Below are positions 58,115 to 64,000 of a stretch of DNA of 64,000 nt, in pieces (the stretch's first letter is position 1; each line of letters opens with the position of its first letter). The DNA is taken from positions 154,887-218,886 of the forward strand of contig JBIOIY010000002.1 in NCBI GenBank assembly GCA_044450345.1. The letters run 5' to 3'. The translations under genes and the position numbers were made by a program. Source of the stretch: Thermodesulfovibrionales bacterium. Its GTDB lineage: Bacteria; Nitrospirota; Thermodesulfovibrionia; Thermodesulfovibrionales; UBA6898. The notes under the pieces were generated by a model. That model made no database searches. It saw nothing but the letters and a program-made list of their open reading frames with translations, and was not told the DNA's origin.

Positions 58115-59943
58115 ATAAGCTCCTTCACTCTGTTGCTGATCGCGCCTTTCGATATCTCCTCGTACTCGAGGAGTTCTCCGGGCCTGCCGCTCTTCGGCAT
58201 TTTTTTAACACAAAGCGAATGGACCGGGACATCGATGTCGGCCATCAGACTCCTTACGGTCTCGCCGATGCCGCCTTCGGCAAAATGGTCTTCGACCGTT
58301 ATGAATGCCTGGGTCACATTCGCGGCCTTTCTAAGCGCCTCCTTATCGGCCGGCTTGATACTGTAAAGGTCTATGACCCTGATAAAGACTCCTTCTTTCT
58401 TCAGCTCCTCATACGCTGCAAGGGCCTCGTGCAGGGTAATGCCCGCCGCAATTACCGTGACCGAATCCTTGTCGCTCTGTTTCAGCACCTTGGACCCGCC
58501 GATAGGGAATTCTTCGTTCGCCTTGTAGACGATCGGGGTCTCTTTTCTCGTCGTCCGGATATAGACGACGCCCTTGTGTTTCGCAGCTTCCTCGACGAGC
58601 CTCTCGGTCGATACCGCGTCTGAGGGACAGAGCACTACGCTGTCCAATATGGTCCTGAACATCGCGATGTCCTCGAGTCCCATCTGGGACGGTCCGTCCT
58701 CGCCGATCGACACACCTGCATGGGAACCGCAGAACTTGATATTCGCATCCGAATACCGGCCCATCCTTATCTGATCAAAGGCCCTTGTCAAAAAAGCAGC
58801 GAAGGTCGAAACAAAGGGGACCTTGCCGCGGCAAGAAAGGCCCAGCGCCGCGCCCGCCATATTTTGCTCTGCTATGTACATCTCGAAGAACCGCTCAGGA
58901 TACCTCTCCTTAAAGACATCGGAGTAAGTAGAATTGCTCACCTCGCCGTCGAGGACGACCATGTCCGGGAACTTGGGGAACAACCGGGCAAGCGCATTGC
59001 CATAAGCTTTCCTGGTAGCGACTGCCTTATCGGCAAGATAAAGGATCTTCTGGGCAGGCTGCGATTGTAGCGCCGACAGCCTCAGGTTCTCGGGACCTGC
59101 GATCTCGCCGCGCAAGGACTTATCGACCTCTCCCAATTCTAAGAGTGCCTGCTTCAGTTGCTCGTTATTCAGGGTCTTTCCGTGCCAGCCGTTCTTGTCC
59201 TCGATAAAAGAAACGCCCTTGCCCTTGATAGTCCTGGCGATGATCATGACAGGCCGTCCCTCGGCCTGGCCCGCCTTCTGATAGGCCGCGAGTATCTCGT
59301 CATTATTGTGTCCGTCAATCATGATGGTCTCCCATCCGAATGATGCCACGCGCTTCTGATAGGCATCGAGGTCATGACCGTACATCGTCTCTCCCCGCTG
59401 GCCAAGACGGTTCACGTCTACTATGCCGACGAGGTTGTCCAGTTTGTAATGCGCAGCCAACTGAAGGGCCTCCCACTGCGAACCTTCGGCCATTTCACTG
59501 TCGCCGAGAAGCACGTATACCCTGTATGACAGCTTATCGATATATTTGGCGTTAAGCGCCATGCCCAACCCGATCGGAAGCCCTTGGCCCAGAGAGCCTG
59601 TTGCAGCCTCGGCATATCTGAATGCCGTGGTAGGATGCCCCTCCAACGGACTCCCGAATTTTCTCAGCGTCATCAACTCCTCTTCAGAGACCTTGCCTGC
59701 AGCGGTCCATAACGCATACAGAAGCGGAGAGGCATGGCCTTTCGAAAAAATGAGCCGGTCGTTATTGGGATGTTCCGGATGGTCGGGGTCGAAGCGGAAG
59801 GTCCCCCCGAATAGAAGACATGTCATCAGATCGGTTGCAGACAACGACGACGTAGGATGGCCGGAGCCCGCTTCCGTCGTCGAAACGAGAATATAGTAGC
59901 GGATCAACTTCGCAAGCCTTTTTACCTGTTCGCTGTCAGCCAT
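58111..59943 (-). CDS. tkt: Transketolase
   Basis: SGHPTSS, SKGHA, GDSE..EG..N ThDP motif, IAEQNM, GEDGPSQM. Confidence 0.96.
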   Translation of the reverse strand: MADSEQVKRLAKLIRYYILVSTTEAGSGHPTSSLSATDLMTCLLFGGTFRFDPDHPEHPNNDRLIFSKGHASPLLYALWTAAGKVSEEELMTLRKFGSPLEGHPTTAFRYAEAATGSLGQGLPIGLGMALNAKYIDKLSYRVYVLLGDSEMAEGSQWEALQLAAHYKLDNLVGIVDVNRLGQRGETMYGHDLDAYQKRVASFGWETIMIDGHNNDEILAAYQKAGQAEGRPVMIIARTIKGKGVSFIEDKNGWHGKTLNNEQLKQALLELGEVDKSLRGEIAGPENLRLSALQSQPAQKILYLADKAVATRKAYGNALARLFPKFPDMVVLDGEVSNSTYSDVFKERYPERFFEMYIAEQNMAGAALGLSCRGKVPFVSTFAAFLTRAFDQIRMGRYSDANIKFCGSHAGVSIGEDGPSQMGLEDIAMFRTILDSVVLCPSDAVSTERLVEEAAKHKGVVYIRTTRKETPIVYKANEEFPIGGSKVLKQSDKDSVTVIAAGITLHEALAAYEELKKEGVFIRVIDLYSIKPADKEALRKAANVTQAFITVEDHFAEGGIGETVRSLMADIDVPVHSLCVKKMPKSGRPGELLEYEEISKGAISNRVKELI

Positions 59944-59968
59944 ATCTCCCTCTCATATATTGTCAGGT

Positions 59969-60081
59969 TTGAATACTCTCCGCAGCAAGCTACGGGGAAT
60001 CTTAATGCAATGAATAATTACTTTTTATATTCGTTCGCTTGACCCTGCAGCAAGCAGGGAATACACTCTCTATCCATTTAA
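59969..60081. repeat. REP/MITE-like element with two GCAGCAAGC hairpins
   Basis: CTCCGCAGCAAGCTACGGGGAAT ... CCCTGCAGCAAGCAGGGAAT. Confidence 0.6.
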
Positions 60082-60473
60082 TGATTCCTATACGTCGAAA
60101 GATGTCTACTCTCATTGTAACAATCAATATAACGATGTCAACAGTTTAGCGATGAGAGCTATGATAGCAACTACTCGCAGATGTCCGCAAAAATTGCGAT
60201 TTGTCATAACTGAGGCATACGCCCCGAAGAGTGCGCGCTACCGAGATAGTAGGTTCTCCAAGTCTGTCCACAGGTCATGGCTTTTCTCTGGCGCTAAAAT
60301 ACTGAGAGTAACATTGAGCGGCGGCACCAAAAAAATCGAAGAGGATTTTCGTCGAGGTTTTTAACGAGTGCACCGACATAATGACAGATCATGCAAATCG
60401 AAACTATTATGGATTCCCGAAAATAATCGTTAACGACCATGCTCAGGTGCGCGGGGGAGGTTTTGACCGGCCG

Positions 60474-61649
60474 TTATTTCTTTACGGGAGTCCGGATAAA
60501 TTCCAGAAGGTCCGCCATCTCTCCCTTATTAAGTTGAGGCCAGGGAACACCTTTTTCTACTGTTGCCTTTTGCATTCTGATACTGTGATTCCAGATATTG
60601 GCTACGATTTCTGTCGGCGGGCTGTTCCAGTATTTGGAGAGATCGACATACATCAGTGTTCCGCGTTTACCGTCCAGTCCGTGACATTGTGCGCACCCGA
60701 TATTCGAAAAGATTTTTTTCCCTCTCGATGCATCCCCGGGCTCATCTGTGTAATGGAGGAAGTAAAGGTAGGCGAGGAGATCGGTTATTTCTTCCGCAGT
60801 GAACTGGGGAACCTCGTCTTGCATTGAAGCTCTCAGGAACATTTCGGGGCTTTTGTTCCACATGCCCGAAGCGATCTGGCTGAGGCTCGTATAATAGGAC
60901 TCCGCTCTCTTCCCGAGATCGATGCCGTCCTTTGCGCCTTCGCCATGGACGGAGTGGCACTTGGTACAGCCTTTGGCGGTGAAGACTGCCCTGCCTTCCT
61001 TGGGATTGGGTTTGAAGGAATAAGGCTCTTCCGGCCCCTTTGCCCGGGTCTTGATATAAGCCAGCACATCGATCATCTCATTTCCGCTGAAAGTGGGCCA
61101 CCTCTTTTCGATCCGTAACATGCGGGCCATCATCCGCCGGCTGTGTTTCCACACCGCCTGGCTCATGTAAACCGGTGAAGCGTTCCGGGGAAACTCATCG
61201 AGCCCGGGCCCTCCGTTTTCGTCTCTGCCCGAGACACGATGACAGGACTTGCAGCCCTTCTGAGCGAAGACGTATTCCCCCGAGCCGGCATCTCCGGCCT
61301 CATCAAAGAATCTGAGAAAATAGAGATAAGTGGTGATCTCGGTAAATTCCTGACCGGTGAGTGTTGGTTTGGCGATTCCCTCATGTTCCATGCCCGCCAG
61401 CATGGTGGGAGTATGGTTCCAGAGCTCCGCTGCCAGCTCCAGCTGGGTGGTGTCAAGACCGATAATACCAAGATCAGGCCCGGTCCTCCCTCCCTTGTCA
61501 TGGACGGCATGACATTTCACGCATCCCTTTCTCACAAACAGCGGGCCCCCTCTGGAGGGGTCTTCAGAAAGTATTTGGGCAACGGCAGATGTAAAAGCGA
61601 AGAGAAGGACAATGATGATTCCATTTGAAATTATGGCACCTATCTTCAA
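60474..61649 (-). CDS. Tetraheme cytochrome c built from four class I domains
   Basis: CVKCH, CKSCH, CTKCH, CAQCH; TTG start behind GGAGG; signal peptide (AVA). Confidence 0.9.
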   Translation of the reverse strand: MKIGAIISNGIIIVLLFAFTSAVAQILSEDPSRGGPLFVRKGCVKCHAVHDKGGRTGPDLGIIGLDTTQLELAAELWNHTPTMLAGMEHEGIAKPTLTGQEFTEITTYLYFLRFFDEAGDAGSGEYVFAQKGCKSCHRVSGRDENGGPGLDEFPRNASPVYMSQAVWKHSRRMMARMLRIEKRWPTFSGNEMIDVLAYIKTRAKGPEEPYSFKPNPKEGRAVFTAKGCTKCHSVHGEGAKDGIDLGKRAESYYTSLSQIASGMWNKSPEMFLRASMQDEVPQFTAEEITDLLAYLYFLHYTDEPGDASRGKKIFSNIGCAQCHGLDGKRGTLMYVDLSKYWNSPPTEIVANIWNHSIRMQKATVEKGVPWPQLNKGEMADLLEFIRTPVKK

Positions 61650-62153
61650 GGTAAATCCTCCTAATATACGACCTTCCGGTTTTGTGATCCCACGGCCTAA
61701 ATATACCATATCGCCCAAAAAGGTGGAAGAGGAAAATGTCGAATTATCTATAGGAACGTTCTTTTACAAGTTCGTATTTGTCGGTAATAAGGACTTATTA
61801 CGAATAGGCGTAATATGTCGGACTTTATTATCAAATGATTTCCGAGAATAACAAACAGCCTCTGCGAAAGGCGGTCGAGTGTGGACTTCGGGAAGACATC
61901 GCGAAAACTGCGAATCGTTAGATCAACGGAGCGACCCGATAAGTTTCGCCCTGTATTATGCTGAAAAAAAGGCTTGTGTCAAAGTCAGACAAATATTTCG
62001 GTGTCTTCCTGAGGTCGGCATCTCTTAAATCTGATATAATTGTGAGGTCGCATATATTTTTAAAAATAATTCTGATCAGGACATTACCGATGTCATGGAT
62101 CAGGAGCGTGTATCTGACGCAATGACAAGAAACCTCAACAGACGAAGGAGGAT

Positions 62154-63017
62154 GTGATGCGCAGACATATTCTTTCCTGTTTTCTGGTATTGCAGGTTGT
62201 CCTGCTGCTCTGCTTACTACCGCTGGCGGCCGCTGCCGCCGATGTTTCGGGGACCCTGGAGATCAACAAGAAGAAGTTCAAGTTGGTCCACGGGTATATT
62301 GACATGGTAAAGCCTGAGGAGCCAGTCATCGTGCTGTCGGACAAACCTCTGCCCGCAGAGCAGGTCCCCTTTCTCAATGCGGATTATGCGGTCAAGAATA
62401 AGGTCCATGCCGTGGTTTTCGTCATAATCGCCAAGGATAAAAAGATAAGTAAGGAATTAGCGTTGCTTTATACGGGAGGTGATTGCGACAGCCCGGCCGT
62501 GGGGTTCCCTGATGACATAATATCCCTCGACCTGAAGCGGATCGAGGAGACCATCGTAGAGGGGAAGATCAAGACTATCCGGCCGAAAACCCTGACAGAC
62601 CTTACCTACTCCTTCACCGCAACCTTCAAGCTTTCGGCAAAGGCGGCGCGTGAAAAGGCCCTGGCCCCCAAGAAGGTATCTTTTACGGGAGACGACAGCG
62701 CGCCTGTGAAGGCATACAAGGACTATTACCGGGCCGTCATGGGCGGCGACGCCGGGGCCATGAAGAAAAATCTCGCTGCCAAGTCCCTGAAGGAATTCGA
62801 ATCAATGGACGCCAAGGAACAGGAGATGGTCCTCGAAATGATGAAGATGCGGCCCGAAGCGCTGAAGATTGCAAAACCCGCCATTGCCGGAAGCGAGGCC
62901 ACCTTCAAGGCCGAGGGCAAGGAGGGCACGGGCGTGTCCACCGGGACGATCAAAATGCTGTTGGAAGACGGCAGATGGAAGGTACTCGAGGACAAATGGT
63001 CGGGCGTCATCAAATAG
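62154..63017 (+). CDS. Exported hypothetical protein with a C-terminal NTF2/DUF4878-like domain
   Basis: AAGGAGG RBS; signal peptide; C-terminal LLEDGRWKV. Confidence 0.8.
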   Translation: MMRRHILSCFLVLQVVLLLCLLPLAAAAADVSGTLEINKKKFKLVHGYIDMVKPEEPVIVLSDKPLPAEQVPFLNADYAVKNKVHAVVFVIIAKDKKISKELALLYTGGDCDSPAVGFPDDIISLDLKRIEETIVEGKIKTIRPKTLTDLTYSFTATFKLSAKAAREKALAPKKVSFTGDDSAPVKAYKDYYRAVMGGDAGAMKKNLAAKSLKEFESMDAKEQEMVLEMMKMRPEALKIAKPAIAGSEATFKAEGKEGTGVSTGTIKMLLEDGRWKVLEDKWSGVIK

Positions 63018-63409
63018 CAGTCACTCCAGTTCCTTTTCCATTAGCGTACAAGCCGTGATATCTTTCGTCTCACTCATGTTCGATTACGGTTGAATTGCAC
63101 GCATGGAATATTAAGTTTTAGTTGCCGTTTTGGCGTAGCCTATCGTCATCCTCATGACTTCCCCGGCAATCCCGTCGAGGGGGAGGATTTTGGCTACTCC
63201 TCCACGTTTAAGCTTTATCCCCCGGATGCTCTGCTCCGTACGCAGCTCGACCTCCCTGTTGCCCGGGTTGTCGAGGGAGGTGCGGGGCGCGATTTCACTA
63301 TTAAGAGCCATCCCTACTCATCACGCTGAGAAAAGCTTCCACTACCGCGGGGATTTAGACCTGGACCATTTTGCCGCACTCAATTGTCTCCCTCTTGGAT
63401 AGCTCAATT

Positions 63410-64000
63410 TCAGATCGCATATCTGCCTTCGATGAAATTTCTCACGAAGAGCTCTACCGAGGCGTCATCATTAAGCACCGCGTCCAATTGTCTCGTAAAG
63501 GCGAGCAGCCTGCCGAGTTGATCGAGGACACCTTCCATCCCGTCCCTGTTGACGTTGGCAAGTCTGCCGATAAGAAGGTCCCCCTTGGTCGTAACGGTAA
63601 ACCCGAACTCTTTCAGCACGGAAGATATCAGTTCCACCCTCCTCGAACGTTTGACCATGTCGGTTGCGCCGCCAATAAACCGGAAATAGACGTGATTGTT
63701 CCTCGCATTCTCACTGCAGTAACAGTCCAGCACGGTAAAGTGATATCCAAACCTGATGCTCAGGTTGAGATATTCGCCGGAGACGACCGCCACATTATAG
63801 CCGACGTACTCGCTCCTGTCAGCCGTGAGGTCCGGCATCCTCATCATGCTCGAAAGGAAATCTCCCATCTTCAGCGAGACCGCATCCGCATGCCATACAC
63901 CGGGATGCATCATCCCCCGTACGACCGCCTTGAGCGGCACGGAAAGGATCTGCTCAAATACGGCCTTCCCGGCTTCTTCGCCGACGTCCAGGCCGCCCCC
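63410..64000 (-). CDS. PEP-utilising enzyme / pyruvate,water dikinase-like protein, 3' part only
   Basis: YLNLSIRFGYHFTVLD, NHVYFRFIGGA, TRQLD; frame open to the window end. Confidence 0.8.
   Translation of the reverse strand, partial: GGGLDVGEEAGKAVFEQILSVPLKAVVRGMMHPGVWHADAVSLKMGDFLSSMMRMPDLTADRSEYVGYNVAVVSGEYLNLSIRFGYHFTVLDCYCSENARNNHVYFRFIGGATDMVKRSRRVELISSVLKEFGFTVTTKGDLLIGRLANVNRDGMEGVLDQLGRLLAFTRQLDAVLNDDASVELFVRNFIEGRYAI

Noticed and set aside
63111..63311. Small ORF whose middle (KRGGVAKILPLDGIAGEVMR) resembles a CheB C-terminus
   Set aside because: Similarity covers only about 20 residues; cannot support a gene or pseudogene call
1..64000. CRISPR array, rRNA, intact transposase, integrase or prophage genes
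   Set aside because: No regularly spaced repeat-spacer array or recognisable such genes were seen

Overview
Core chromosomal region of an anaerobic, selenocysteine-using Gram-negative bacterium. Gene content suggests Nitrospirota/Thermodesulfovibrionia or a deltaproteobacterial relative (inference). In order it holds: nadK-tsaE-CBS-scpA; NfnAB convergent with a Wood-Ljungdahl cluster (acsE-acsD-acsC-acsB-cooS) preceded by a TsrM-like B12 radical SAM gene; a decayed integrase-less integron relic (DUF86 fragment, attI-like site, frameshifted DUF1003 cassette, attC); a short class II RNR; ispE-tRNA-Gln-prs-rplY-pth; a Sec formate dehydrogenase operon followed by a Sec (UPHC) DsbA-like protein that the ORF track truncates and an atypical diheme peroxidase with a MITE inserted in frame in its signal peptide; tRNA-Thr with an island relic; a large hopanoid cluster (hpnI,G,H,A,shc,K,J,N,M) containing a CruF-like gene and an uncalled His-rich mini-lipoprotein; rbp-rpsU; tkt-tal-pgl-rpe; a tetraheme cytochrome c; and a partial PEP-utilising enzyme. 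All family assignments come from motif recognition by eye; no database searches were run.
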